Positions 1-9,234 of a stretch of 64,000 bases of DNA are shown in pieces; within the stretch, counting starts at the first letter, position 1; every line of letters begins with the position of its first letter. The position numbers and the translations under genes were made by a program. The notes under the pieces are model-generated. The model did not search any database and was not told where the DNA came from. It worked only from the letters and a program-made list of their open reading frames with translations. The stretch lies in the NCBI GenBank assembly GCA_049510395.1, contig JBEKYY010000012.1, positions 7,530 through 71,529 of the forward strand, read 5' to 3'. The stretch comes from Verrucomicrobiota bacterium (GTDB lineage Bacteria; Verrucomicrobiota; Verrucomicrobiia; Limisphaerales; UBA11358).

Positions 1-838
1 TGAACGGGAACTTCATATACGACCACGGCTCAACCGCCTCGCTGATGTAATCGAGATATTTCGACGGGGGAACCTGGTCGTGCACAATTTCGCCGCTGGC
101 GTCGCAGAAACGCAAATTGCCGTTGTACAATTCCAGCGCGCCGTCCGGCTGGACCAGCCCCATGTAGTTGGAATCGAAATTGGCGAAGGTTTCCACCTCG
201 TCGCGGTGGGCCTTGTGGTAGGTCTTGAGCAGGTCGAGCGCAAACTTCGCGTGGCCGAACGCTTCGGGCAGGCCCTTGAGGATTTCGTCGCGTTGCGCGG
301 TGGTGAGCACCTTGTTCACGCCGCCGGGCACCGTGAAATCCGCATGAATCTTCCGGCCGGCGACGAGCTTGATGAGTTCCTGGCCGAATTTGCGCAGCCG
401 CACGCCCTTGATGGCGATGTCGGGCTGCTGCCGGATGAGGCCGACGATGTTGCGGACGGCGGGGTCGGCGTCGTAGCCGAGCAGCAGGTCGGGCGCGCTG
501 AGATGGAAGAAGCTGAGCGCGTGGGACTGGATGATCTGGCCCATGTGCATCAGTTCACGGAGCATCTTTGCCGTTTGCGGAATCTCGCGGCCAACGATGG
601 CGTCGCAGGCCTTGGCGCTGGCGAGCAGGTGGCTGACCGGGCAGATGCCGCAGGTGCGCGGGGTGATTTGCGGCATCTCGGTGAAATGCCGGCCCTCGCA
701 GAACTTTTCAAAACCGCGAAATTCCACGACGTGGAAGCGCGCGTCGTCCACCTCGCCCCGGCTGTCGAGATGGATGGTGATCTTGGCGTGGCCCTCGATG
801 CGGGTCACCGGGTTGATGGTGATGGTCTTGGTTGTCAT
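1..838 (-). CDS. hoxH: [NiFe]-hydrogenase large catalytic subunit, HoxH-like; N-terminal ~279 codons only, the rest lies beyond the window start
   Basis: Absent from the ORF track because the frame stays open to the window edge. My own minus-strand translation from the ATG at 838..836 reads [25 protein letters not shown]...[37 protein letters not shown]... It carries the RIEGH and RxCGxCxxxH N-terminal Ni-ligand motifs of [NiFe] large subunits. The start lies 1 nt after the hoxY stop (840..842). Confidence 0.85.
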   Translation of the reverse strand, partial: MTTKTITINPVTRIEGHAKITIHLDSRGEVDDARFHVVEFRGFEKFCEGRHFTEMPQITPRTCGICPVSHLLASAKACDAIVGREIPQTAKMLRELMHMGQIIQSHALSFFHLSAPDLLLGYDADPAVRNIVGLIRQQPDIAIKGVRLRKFGQELIKLVAGRKIHADFTVPGGVNKVLTTAQRDEILKGLPEAFGHAKFALDLLKTYHKAHRDEVETFANFDSNYMGLVQPDGALELYNGNLRFCDASGEIVHDQVPPSKYLDYISEAVEPWSYMKFPF

Positions 839-839
839 G

Positions 840-1457
840 TCAGTCGTACCTCAAATTCTTCTCGTTCCATTGCGGCGTGCGGCCGGCCAGCAATTCCGTC
901 AGGGCATACCAGATCACGTCGGCGTCCGGCGGGCAGCCGGGGATGTGCAGGTCCACCTTCACCACCTCCTGCAGGGGCCGCGCCTTCGGGCACAGCTTTG
1001 GCACGAGGGGATCGTTGGGGATGCAACTGATGCGGTTGCTTTCGGCCTGTTCGTAGGCGCGCGCCAGGCAGTCCTTCAACGGGAACTGGTTGCGCAGGGC
1101 CGGGATGTTGCCGGTGATGGCGCAGTCGCCGAGGGCGATAAGGACCTTGCAACGGTCGCGCAGCATCCGCAGCTCGTGTTCCTGGTCGGTGTTGTTCACG
1201 CAGCCCTCGACAATGCCGACGTCCACCTGCGGCATGTCCTTCACCTTGGTGTCCACGATGGGGCTGAACAGGATGTCAATCAGCTTCGCCAGGTCCACCA
1301 GGCGTTCGTCGAGGTCGAGGAACGACATGTGGCAGCCGGAGCAGCCGCTCAGCCACATGGTGGCGACGCGCACCCGGGCAGGCGCGGGCGCGGCGGCGGG
1401 TTTCGCCGCCGGGCGGGTGGTTTTCTTCGTTACTTTTTTACCGATGGTCTTCTTCAT
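840..1457 (-). CDS. hoxY: [NiFe]-hydrogenase small subunit, HoxY-like (short, group-3 type)
   Basis: Internal ATG of ORF 840..1763(-) at 1457 (cat at 1455..1457). Sequence: MKKTIGKK...[19 protein letters not shown]...[10 protein letters not shown]...IPGCPP. The proximal-cluster Cys pattern matches short group-3 small subunits. ATGA overlap with the upstream gene's stop. The Lys/Ala/Pro-rich 33-aa N-terminal tail is unusual; an alternative start at MWLSGC is possible. Confidence 0.85.
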   Translation of the reverse strand: MKKTIGKKVTKKTTRPAAKPAAAPAPARVRVATMWLSGCSGCHMSFLDLDERLVDLAKLIDILFSPIVDTKVKDMPQVDVGIVEGCVNNTDQEHELRMLRDRCKVLIALGDCAITGNIPALRNQFPLKDCLARAYEQAESNRISCIPNDPLVPKLCPKARPLQEVVKVDLHIPGCPPDADVIWYALTELLAGRTPQWNEKNLRYD

Positions 1458-3277
1458 GCAAACACACTCTCCAAAATTGCCGCGTCTTCGCGCGCCTCGC
1501 TGCTGACCGGCAGCACGGGCCGCAGGGACAACTGGCGTCCTTCTAGGTTGGTGATGGTGCCGGATTTTTCGCACCAGATGGTGGCGGGCAGCACGACCGC
1601 CGCCTTGTCGGTGAGCGCCGAGCGGTAACCGGCCTGCACCACCACGCACGGGATCTCGTCCAGCAGCCCGGGCACGTATTTCTCCTCCAGCATCCCGGCG
1701 CCGCCGTCGGGCGCGTCGCTGGCGACAATGTGCAGGAACTTCAGCGGTTTGGCGTCCAGCCACGGGCCGACGTCTTCGATGGCCTCAATGCCGGCGCCCG
1801 CCAGCGCGAGGCTGTTGGTGCTCACCGGCAGGCCGATGAGTGCTGGTTCCCGGTCGCCCGGATGGTTTTCAAAAATTTTGATGAGTCGTTCCAGCACCGT
1901 CACGCCGATCGGGGTCATCGCGTTCGGGCCATAGACGATGGCCGGCCGCTGCGCGCCTTCGAGCGTCGCCGCCACCCGATCCCAGAACTGGTGTTCCAGG
2001 CCGACCACGTTGGCGGCGATGTCGGCGTACTGATCCAAGTCACTCTTGCGGGCGTGGAAGATGAGCAGCTTCGCCCCGCGTTTGCGGACCGTGGTGCGGA
2101 TGCGGGCGGCCACGACACCGTTGTCGCGGGACGGCTGGGCGCCGATGATGATGATGGCGTCCGCGTCCTCCAGTTTCCGCATGGCGTCGGCGCTGAAGGA
2201 CGGTTCGCGGCAGAGCGCCGACTCGTTGGCGGTTACGTACATGCCAACCCGGTCAATTTTGCCGGCGAGTTTCGTGATGGTCTGCGCGGTTTCGTTGGTC
2301 ACCCGCGGGGCGACGAGCAACGCCTTCTCCGTTTTTTTAGCGTCCTTGACGGCCTTGCGGATGGCGGCGATGGCGTTGTCCCAGGTGGCCGGCTTCAGTT
2401 TGCCGTCCTTGCCGCGGAGCAGCGGTTGGGTGATGCGTTCGCGCGGTTCGGCCCACGTCTCGTACCGGCCTTTCACACAAAGATGACCGCGATTGACGGA
2501 GGAATCGGGATCGCCCCAGACATTCACGATGCGGTTTTCCTTGGTGAACACCTTGAGGCCGCAGCCGAGGGGGCATTCGGTGCAGGTGGTGAGCACCTGC
2601 TGGCAACTGGCCAGCGGGCCGCGGAAGGCCGCCGCCTTGTCGAAGAACGCGCCGGTCGGGCAGTTGGCAACGCACGCGCCGCAGGACGTGCACGTCTCGG
2701 ACTCGCTGAATTTTTTGAGCATGTCCACAACCACCCGGTTGCGAATGCCGCGGTAGGCGACGTCGAGCGTGTGTACGCCTTCAATCTCGTCGCAGGTCCG
2801 CACGCAACGCATGCACAGGATGCAGCGATTGTGGTCCAGCCCGAAATACTTTGCCGTGAGGTCCACCGGCAGGGCGGGATAGAGATACTGGTAGCGGATG
2901 CCGGTGATGCCGTGGAGGTAACCCTGATGTTGCAGGCCGCAGTCACCCTTGTTGTAGGGGCACATCGGGCAGATGTGGTTGCGTTCGCTGAACAGCAGCT
3001 CCAGTGTGGCCTTGCGCAGGCCCTGCAGGCGCGGGCTGTCGGTGATGATTTTCGAGCCGTCCATGGCCGGAGTGGTGCAGGACGGCGCCACCTTGGGGCT
3101 GCCTTCGATTTCAACGATGCACAACCGGCAGCCGCCCCACGGGGTCAGCCCCTTCAGATAGCACAGCGTCGGGATGTTGATGTCATTGGCGCGGGCGATT
3201 TCCAGGATGGTTTGTCCCGGTTCGCCGGCGCAGATCTTGCCGTTGATGGTGAGGGAAATTTTTTTGGTCGCTGTCAT
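1454..3277 (-). CDS. HoxU/NuoG-like Fe-S diaphorase subunit with a truncated C-terminal molybdopterin-oxidoreductase-like domain (607 aa)
   Basis: Start [14 protein letters not shown] at 3277. Plant-type 2Fe-2S region ([15 protein letters not shown]), His-ligated cluster region ([13 protein letters not shown]), [11 protein letters not shown] and [12 protein letters not shown] 4Fe-4S motifs. These are followed by a MopB-type N-terminal cluster ([12 protein letters not shown]...HLCVKG) and ~330 further aa. Confidence 0.85.
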   Translation of the reverse strand: MTATKKISLTINGKICAGEPGQTILEIARANDINIPTLCYLKGLTPWGGCRLCIVEIEGSPKVAPSCTTPAMDGSKIITDSPRLQGLRKATLELLFSERNHICPMCPYNKGDCGLQHQGYLHGITGIRYQYLYPALPVDLTAKYFGLDHNRCILCMRCVRTCDEIEGVHTLDVAYRGIRNRVVVDMLKKFSESETCTSCGACVANCPTGAFFDKAAAFRGPLASCQQVLTTCTECPLGCGLKVFTKENRIVNVWGDPDSSVNRGHLCVKGRYETWAEPRERITQPLLRGKDGKLKPATWDNAIAAIRKAVKDAKKTEKALLVAPRVTNETAQTITKLAGKIDRVGMYVTANESALCREPSFSADAMRKLEDADAIIIIGAQPSRDNGVVAARIRTTVRKRGAKLLIFHARKSDLDQYADIAANVVGLEHQFWDRVAATLEGAQRPAIVYGPNAMTPIGVTVLERLIKIFENHPGDREPALIGLPVSTNSLALAGAGIEAIEDVGPWLDAKPLKFLHIVASDAPDGGAGMLEEKYVPGLLDEIPCVVVQAGYRSALTDKAAVVLPATIWCEKSGTITNLEGRQLSLRPVLPVSSEAREDAAILESVFA

Positions 3278-3291
3278 GGTTTCGCTCCGCA

Positions 3292-6200
3292 TCAATGTAA
3301 TTCTTCTCCGCTGCCGCTGGTTTTGATGTCGCAACGCAGACAGCGGAAGCATTCTGCCCTGGCCTGCCATTCGGTGAAGGTGGGTGACACCTCGATGTTG
3401 CCGCGCCGTTGTTCGGGTGCAATGAGCCGCGCCGGGTTGCGCGGCCCGCCTTGGGACGGCGGCGGGATGGTGTGGTCGTAGTCGAACTTCGGCCACAACT
3501 CCTCGAAACGATCCAGCCCGGTCAACTGCCGGTCAATCATCTTCGCGGCCTTCTTACCGGCCCCCATCGTAGTGGAGACGTTGGTGGCGCCGGTGACATA
3601 ATCGCCGCCGGCATAAATTTTCGGGTTGCTGGTCTGCAGCGTCCACGGGTCCACCTTGAGCGATCCCCACGAGGTCGTGGCCAAACCAAGGTTTTTGGTC
3701 AACTGGCCTTCGGGTTTCTCACCGATGGCCTTGATGATCGTGTCGCAGGGGACCACGTACGTGTCCTTGGTCACGACCGGGGTGCGGCGACCGCGGGCGT
3801 CGTGTTTGCCGGGCACGGTCTTGGCCACCTCCAGCCCGGTGATTTTGCCGGTCTGGCCGGTGATGACGCGCAACGGCGCGGCCATGGTGATAAGATTGAC
3901 ACCCTCTTCGAGCGCCTGTTCGGTTTCGTCGGGAATTGCCGGCATTTCCCCGCGCGACCGCCGATAGACGATCGTCACGTCAGCGCCCAGCCGTTTGGCG
4001 GTGCGCGCCGCGTCAATCGCCGAATTGCCGCCACCGATGACGGCGACCTTCGGGCCGATGGCCGGTTTTTTGCCGAACGCAGTCTCGTTGAGGAACGACA
4101 GCGAGGACAGCAGGCCTTTCGCGTCGTCGCCCGGAACCCCGAGCGCCTGTTCCTCCCAGGTGCCGAGCGCGAGGAAGACGGCGTCATTGTCCTTGGCGAG
4201 CTTGTCGAGTTGCAGCGTTTTGCCGAGTTCGGCCTTGAACTTGAACTGGAAGCCCGCACTGCGGATGAAGGCGAGTTCCTTGTCCACGATTTTCTTGGGC
4301 AGGCGGTATTCGGGCAGCGCGTAGCGGAGCAGGCCGCCGGCGTTGGGCGCCCGGTCATAGACGGTGACCTTGTGGCCGAGCAGGGCGAGGTAGAACGCCG
4401 CGCTCAAACCCGCCGGGCCGGCGCCGACCACGGCAATTTTTTTGCCGGTGGGGGACTGTTTGCGTTTGAGAATGCGCTGCAACACCCGTTTGGCGCCGCC
4501 GCTTTCATACATCACGTCGCCGATGTACCGGTGCGTTTCGCGCATGTTGACGGAGGCATCCACGCCAGCGCGCCGGCAACGGAGTTCGCACGGGCGCTGG
4601 CACACGCGGCCCGTTGTCGAGGGCAGCGGGTTGTCCATCACCACCTGTTCAAAGGCGTCGTCAATCCGGTCCTCCTTCAGCAACTGGAGGAAGCCGGGGA
4701 TGTTCATGTTCAACGGGCAGGTGTTTTCGCACGGCGAAAGTTGCAGGTTGCCGCACAGACCGGCCACGCAACGGTGTTCGCGGATGTGCTGCTCGTATTC
4801 GTGGCGGAAATATTTCAACGTCGTCAGCACCGGATTCGGCGCGGTCTGGCCGAGACCGCAGAGGCTGGCGTCGCGGACAACGGAGCACAGGTCCTCGAGC
4901 CGGTCGAGGTCGGCCAGCTCGCCTTCGCCACGGCAGATTTTCTCCAGCAGATTGAGCATCTGCTTGGTGCCGACGCGGCACGGCGGGCATTTGCCGCAGG
5001 ATTCGTCGCAGCAAAATTCGAGGAAGAACCGGGCGACGTCCACCATGCAGGAATCCTCGTCCATGATGACCATGCCGCCGGAACCCATGATGGAGCCGAG
5101 TTTCTGGAGCGTTTCGTACTCGACCGGCGTGTCGAGGTGTTGCGCGGGGATGACGCCGCCGGAAGGGCCGCCGGTCTGGACGGCCTTGAATTGTTTGCCA
5201 TCAGGGATGCCGCCGCCGATTTCGTAAATGATGTCGCGCAGCGGTGTGCCAAACGGAACTTCAACCAGGCCGGTATTCCTGATTTTGCCGGCGAGCGCGA
5301 AGACCTTGGTGCCCTTGGTCTTCTCGGTGCCGAACGTGGCATACCACGCGGCGCCTTTGCGGATGATGGGCGGTACGGCGGCCCAGGTTTCGACGTTATT
5401 GATGTTGGTGGGCTTGCCCCAAAGACCGCGCTGGGCCGGGAAGGGCGGCCGCGGCATCGGCTGGCCGCGACGGCCTTCGATGGAACGCATGAGCGCGGTT
5501 TCCTCGCCGCACACGAACGCGCCGGCGCCGATGCGGAGTTCGAGGTCGAAATCGAATCCCTTCTCAAAAAGGTTTTTGCCGAGCAGCTCATTTTTGTAGG
5601 CCTGTTCGATGGCGATCTGGAGACGTTTGATGGCGAGCGGATACTCGGCGCGGATGTAGATGAACCCGCGGTTGGCGCCCATCGCGTAACCGCCGATGGC
5701 CATGCCTTCCATGACGCGGTGGGGATCGCCTTCAAGGACGGCGCGGTTCATGAACGCGCCGGGATCGCCCTCGTCGGCGTTACAGATGATATACTTGGGC
5801 TTGTCCGGCACCCGGGCCATCAACTCCCACTTCACCCCGGTGGGGAAACCCGCGCCGCCGCGACCGCGCAGGCCGCTGGCCTTGATTTCGGCGATGACCT
5901 GTTCGGGCGTCATCCCGGTGAGGATTTTGCCAAGGGCGGCGTAGCCGTCGCGGGCGATGTATTCCTCGATTTTCTCGGCGTCAATCAGGCCGCAGTTTTC
6001 GAGGATGATCTTAGTCTGTTTGGCCAGGAACGCGAAGTCGCGCTGGGTGGTGATGACATTGTCGCCGATTTCTTCCCTCGGCAGCAGCCGTTGGCAGGGC
6101 CGGCCCTTGACAAAATGTTCTTCCACCAGTTCCGGCACGTCCAGCGCCGTGACGCGCTGATAGAAGGTGCCGTCGGGGTGGACGAGGATGACCGGGCCAA

Positions 6201-6354
6201 GGTCGCACGGCCCCATGCAGCCGGTCACGATCATCCGGACTTCCTTGTCCAGCCGATGTTTTTTCAATTCGGACGCGAGGGCGTCCTGAACGGCGTGGCA
6301 ACCTGAACTCAGGCAGCCGGCGCCGCCGCAAACCAATACGTGGGAGCGGATCAT
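3292..6354 (-). CDS. Fusion protein (1020 aa): thioredoxin-like 2Fe-2S domain + NuoF/HoxF NAD(H)/FMN core + GltD/NfnB-like NAD(P)H:FAD oxidoreductase
   Basis: Start MIRSHVLVCGGAGCLSSGC at 6354 (aa 146 of ORF 3292..6789). NuoF motifs: GLRGRGGAGFPTG, CNADEGDPGAF, ESCGKCPPCRVGT. From about aa 528: GltD-type Cys clusters (CVAGLCGNLQLSPCENTCP, GRVCQRPCELRC), two Rossmann motifs (VVGAGPAGLSAA, VIGGGNSAIDAA) and YAGGDYVTG. Confidence 0.85.
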   Translation of the reverse strand: MIRSHVLVCGGAGCLSSGCHAVQDALASELKKHRLDKEVRMIVTGCMGPCDLGPVILVHPDGTFYQRVTALDVPELVEEHFVKGRPCQRLLPREEIGDNVITTQRDFAFLAKQTKIILENCGLIDAEKIEEYIARDGYAALGKILTGMTPEQVIAEIKASGLRGRGGAGFPTGVKWELMARVPDKPKYIICNADEGDPGAFMNRAVLEGDPHRVMEGMAIGGYAMGANRGFIYIRAEYPLAIKRLQIAIEQAYKNELLGKNLFEKGFDFDLELRIGAGAFVCGEETALMRSIEGRRGQPMPRPPFPAQRGLWGKPTNINNVETWAAVPPIIRKGAAWYATFGTEKTKGTKVFALAGKIRNTGLVEVPFGTPLRDIIYEIGGGIPDGKQFKAVQTGGPSGGVIPAQHLDTPVEYETLQKLGSIMGSGGMVIMDEDSCMVDVARFFLEFCCDESCGKCPPCRVGTKQMLNLLEKICRGEGELADLDRLEDLCSVVRDASLCGLGQTAPNPVLTTLKYFRHEYEQHIREHRCVAGLCGNLQLSPCENTCPLNMNIPGFLQLLKEDRIDDAFEQVVMDNPLPSTTGRVCQRPCELRCRRAGVDASVNMRETHRYIGDVMYESGGAKRVLQRILKRKQSPTGKKIAVVGAGPAGLSAAFYLALLGHKVTVYDRAPNAGGLLRYALPEYRLPKKIVDKELAFIRSAGFQFKFKAELGKTLQLDKLAKDNDAVFLALGTWEEQALGVPGDDAKGLLSSLSFLNETAFGKKPAIGPKVAVIGGGNSAIDAARTAKRLGADVTIVYRRSRGEMPAIPDETEQALEEGVNLITMAAPLRVITGQTGKITGLEVAKTVPGKHDARGRRTPVVTKDTYVVPCDTIIKAIGEKPEGQLTKNLGLATTSWGSLKVDPWTLQTSNPKIYAGGDYVTGATNVSTTMGAGKKAAKMIDRQLTGLDRFEELWPKFDYDHTIPPPSQGGPRNPARLIAPEQRRGNIEVSPTFTEWQARAECFRCLRCDIKTSGSGEELH

Positions 6355-6359
6355 GCGGG

Positions 6360-6731
6360 TTACTCCGTCTTCTTTTGCCTGCCGACGGCAAGATTGTCCA
6401 CCTTCCGGCCCTTTTGCAGATGCTCGGCGACGATTTTTTTCGCCTTCTCGGTGTCGAGCTTGGCGTAGGTGGTCTTTTCGCCACCGGCTTCCTCGACGAG
6501 GACGACCGGCTCGATGTCTTCCAGCCCGTGCTCGCCGGTGACATGGACTTCCACGTCGTCGAGGCCGCGCTTTTCGATTTCGTCGAGCATGGTCTTCATG
6601 ACTTCGCGGGCACCGGAGGCGATGCCGCTGGTGCCCATGCTGACGACGACGCGGTATTTTTTGCCGCCTTCGCGCAGGGCGATCTGTTTTTGAGCTTTTT
6701 CCTTGAGTTGTTTCAATTGTTCCAGGTTCAT
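6360..6731 (-). CDS. Small thioredoxin-like ferredoxin-fold protein lacking all cluster cysteines
   Basis: 123-aa ORF with no Cys. VVVSMGTSGIASGA...VHVTGEHGLEDIEPVV aligns by eye to the VLVCGGAGCLSSGC...IVTGCMGPCDLGPVI domain at the N-terminus of the next gene. 4-nt overlap with the upstream gene. Confidence 0.7.
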   Translation of the reverse strand: MNLEQLKQLKEKAQKQIALREGGKKYRVVVSMGTSGIASGAREVMKTMLDEIEKRGLDDVEVHVTGEHGLEDIEPVVLVEEAGGEKTTYAKLDTEKAKKIVAEHLQKGRKVDNLAVGRQKKTE

Positions 6732-7210
6732 AAATTGACTTCTCCTTTCTTGGCCGGCTCCTGTGAGTCGAAGAAAAACCTCTGCTCATCGGAGCGGTAA
6801 TTCAATTGCACGTCCATTTTTCTGTCCGTCGCGCACAACGCCAGGATTGTTGTGTTCAGGTCGCCCAGCGGCGGGCGGTCAATGTGACTGAGCCGCATGG
6901 AGGCGGTGACCGACGTGCCCCGGCCGGGGGCGGACCGAACGTGAAAATGTCCGCCGCACATCTCGGAGGTCTGGCGCAGAAAGGCCAGGCCGAGGCCGAC
7001 GGGTTTGCGCCGTTTGTTTTTGCTGCTCCAGCGTTGCGCCAGCACGCGCTTCAGCATGGCCGCGTCCATCCCGCAACCGTCGTCCCGCACGCGCAGCACG
7101 AGCCGGTCGTGCCGGCGGCTCTCCAGGATGCTGATCTGCACTTTTTTGGCGTTGGCGGAGATCGAATTCATGGCAATGTCCAGAATGTGCTGTGACAGCT
7201 CTTCAAACAT
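6728..7210 (-). CDS. Small histidine-kinase-like ATPase (HATPase_c) protein
   Basis: 160 aa. N-box-like ILDIAMNSISA, G1/G2-like RVRDDGCGMD and GLGLAFL motifs. Embedded in the hydrogenase operon and overlaps the hoxE 3' end by 8 nt. Confidence 0.75.
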   Translation of the reverse strand: MFEELSQHILDIAMNSISANAKKVQISILESRRHDRLVLRVRDDGCGMDAAMLKRVLAQRWSSKNKRRKPVGLGLAFLRQTSEMCGGHFHVRSAPGRGTSVTASMRLSHIDRPPLGDLNTTILALCATDRKMDVQLNYRSDEQRFFFDSQEPAKKGEVNL

Positions 7211-7736
7211 ATTTTTTCAGGTCCGTCCTGCAAAGCTGCTGGATCTTGTCCGCCGTCAGCTTGCCATAGACGTCGTCGCCCACCGACATGGCCGGTGCCA
7301 GCGCGCAGGCGCCGATGCACCGGGCGGTGGACAGGCTGAACCGGCCGTCCTTGGTGGTTTCGCCCTCCTTCACGCCGAGCTGCTTTTCCATGGCGGCCAG
7401 GATCTGGTCCGAACCGCGCACGTGGCAGCCGGTGCCGCGGCAGACCATGATCTGGTGCTTGCCGCGGGGGACCAGGGTGAACAAATGGTAGAAGGTGACG
7501 ACGCCGTACACGTGTGAGAGGGGCAGCTTCAACGCGGTGGCGACGTAGCGGAGCACATCGGCGCTGAGATAACCGAACATCTGCTGCGCCGCGTGCAACA
7601 CCTGGATCAACGCTGTCGGTTCATGGTTGTAGCTTTCAATCGTGTGGTCGAGGTCCGCAAAACGCGGGTCGCCGCTCGGATGGGTGGTTTCCATGGCCGC
7701 GAGGCGCGCGGTCTCGCTGATGACTTTTGGGTTCAT
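7203..7736 (-). CDS. hoxE: NuoE/HoxE-like 2Fe-2S diaphorase subunit
   Basis: Start MNPKVISE at 7736 (aa 66 of ORF 7203..7931). NuoE Cys pattern VCRGTGCHV ... ARCIGACALAP. ATGA overlap with the upstream gene. Confidence 0.85.
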   Translation of the reverse strand: MNPKVISETARLAAMETTHPSGDPRFADLDHTIESYNHEPTALIQVLHAAQQMFGYLSADVLRYVATALKLPLSHVYGVVTFYHLFTLVPRGKHQIMVCRGTGCHVRGSDQILAAMEKQLGVKEGETTKDGRFSLSTARCIGACALAPAMSVGDDVYGKLTADKIQQLCRTDLKKYV

Positions 7737-8080
7737 CGCAATCCTGCCTCCCAAAGTTTGCCGGCCGCCTCGTAAGCCGCCAGTTTCGTGGACAACAACA
7801 CAATGCCTTCTGCGTCCGCCTCGGCCACGACTCCCGGATCGGGTTTGCGGCCGCAGACGAACAGCACCGCGCCGATGTCCTTGGTGGTGGCGCAGGAGAT
7901 GACATTGCGATGGGTCTGGATGGTGATCCACAACATGCTGTGGCTGGCGTGCGCCAGCACGTCGCTGAGCAGGTCGCTGATGTAGCAGCCCGTGAGGTCC
8001 GCCTCCGCCCGGTTGGTCAGCGGCTCGGCCTTCAACGCGGCAAGCACCGACGACAGTTTCTTCGTTTTTTCAGTTTTCAT
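7733..8080 (-). CDS. DRTGG-domain-like small protein
   Basis: 115 aa. The CYISDLLSDVLAHA...LWITIQTHRNVISCA...EGIVLLST pattern is typical of small DRTGG-domain proteins found in hydrogenase loci. The assignment is by motif memory, not HMM. Confidence 0.65.
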   Translation of the reverse strand: MKTEKTKKLSSVLAALKAEPLTNRAEADLTGCYISDLLSDVLAHASHSMLWITIQTHRNVISCATTKDIGAVLFVCGRKPDPGVVAEADAEGIVLLSTKLAAYEAAGKLWEAGLR

Positions 8081-9234
8081 ATTGGTTCTTCCGGCTCGGG
8101 CAGCGGGGCCGCCTGGCTCAACCGCACTTCGGAATGCAGGCGCGTGCCGACGCTCATCTCGGAATGGATTTCAAACTTGTCGGAACATTTCTTGATGTTG
8201 GGCAGGCCCATGCCGGCGCCGAAACCCAGTTCGCGCGCCAGCGGCCCGGCGGTGGACCAGCCCTCCTGCATGGCCAGCTCCACGTTTTCGATTCCCGGCC
8301 CGCGGTCCACGGCTTCAACGACCACTTTCCCGGGCGAAATGGCAACCGAAAGGTCCCCGCCGATGGAATGGATGATCATGTTCATCTCGGCCTCGTAGGC
8401 GATGATCGCCGCGCGCCGCTGGATGTCCGGGTCCACGCCGCGCGCCCGCAGAATCTGGCGCATGCGCTGCGAAATCTTGCCCGCGCTGTCGTAATCGCCC
8501 GACTTCACCTCCGTTTGCACGACCAGCGATTGGGCGTGTTCCGGGTCGCTCGTCTGGCTGGAGAACAACGCGGCCTCACGGGCAGCGGCTTCCTCGGCGC
8601 GTTTCTCCAGTTGCTGCATCAGGCAGGCGGTGATGTCGCCGCGGGTGATGACCCCCACGAGTTCGCCAGCGCTGTTCAACACGGGAAAACGGCCGAAGCC
8701 GTGCCGGTCGAACTCTGCCACCGCGCGCACGAGCGAAAAATGGTCGCGCAGCGTGACGATGTTCCGTGTCATCCACCGCTCCGCCGGGTCGTTGACGTGG
8801 CCCTGATCGAGGGCGTTGATGATGTCTTCGATGCTGACCAGCCCCACCGGGACGCTGTTTTGGAGGATGGGCACGCCCGAGATGCGGTGGGTCTTCATCA
8901 AATGCTGGATGGTGCGCAACGAATCATCCGGCGCACCGGTCACGGGGGGCCGGGTCATCGCGTCACGCACACGCAATTCGTAAATCAGGACCTGGGCAAC
9001 GGAAACTTTGAGCGGTTTGCCCGCGGTCACGCCGGTTTCAGTCGAGGACCCTTCAGACATGGTTACGGCGATCGTGCTGTCACCCAGCTTGATCGCCACC
9101 GCATTATGCGCCACTGCTGTGCTGGCGGTCAATTCCGGACCAGGCTCCGGAATCCGGGAACGCCTGCCGGCGGCGGCGTCCGGAAGAACAGCTGCCAGCC
9201 GGATGCCTTTGTCTTTTTGGGTGGTGGTGATCAT
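8077..9234 (-). CDS. CBS-pair domain protein fused to an anti-sigma-type serine kinase / HATPase domain
   Basis: 385 aa. Two CBS-like segments (VRDAMTRPPV...GVPIL; MTRNIVTL...RFPVLN..GELVGVITRGD). C-terminal HATPase_c_2-like region (EAEMNMIIHS...VDRGPGIENV...GFGAGMGLPNI). First gene of the operon. Confidence 0.8.
   Translation of the reverse strand: MITTTQKDKGIRLAAVLPDAAAGRRSRIPEPGPELTASTAVAHNAVAIKLGDSTIAVTMSEGSSTETGVTAGKPLKVSVAQVLIYELRVRDAMTRPPVTGAPDDSLRTIQHLMKTHRISGVPILQNSVPVGLVSIEDIINALDQGHVNDPAERWMTRNIVTLRDHFSLVRAVAEFDRHGFGRFPVLNSAGELVGVITRGDITACLMQQLEKRAEEAAAREAALFSSQTSDPEHAQSLVVQTEVKSGDYDSAGKISQRMRQILRARGVDPDIQRRAAIIAYEAEMNMIIHSIGGDLSVAISPGKVVVEAVDRGPGIENVELAMQEGWSTAGPLARELGFGAGMGLPNIKKCSDKFEIHSEMSVGTRLHSEVRLSQAAPLPEPEEPI

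Noticed and set aside
1454-3277. NuoG-like protein as a formate dehydrogenase catalytic subunit
   Set aside because: The MopB-like part is short (about 330 aa after the Fe-S region), with no visible Sec/Cys active-site context or C-terminal dinucleotide-binding domain. The gene lies between NuoF-like and [NiFe] subunit genes, so a HoxU/HydA-type electron-transfer subunit is more likely.
80-6306. Long plus-strand ORFs (80..1030, 531..1628, 1730..3481 of 583 aa, 3409..6306 of 965 aa) overlapping the hydrogenase genes
   Set aside because: They are Arg/Ala/Gly-rich, low-complexity antisense shadows typical of high-GC DNA. The opposite strand encodes proteins with unambiguous Fe-S, FMN and Ni-ligand motifs and coupled start/stop overlaps.
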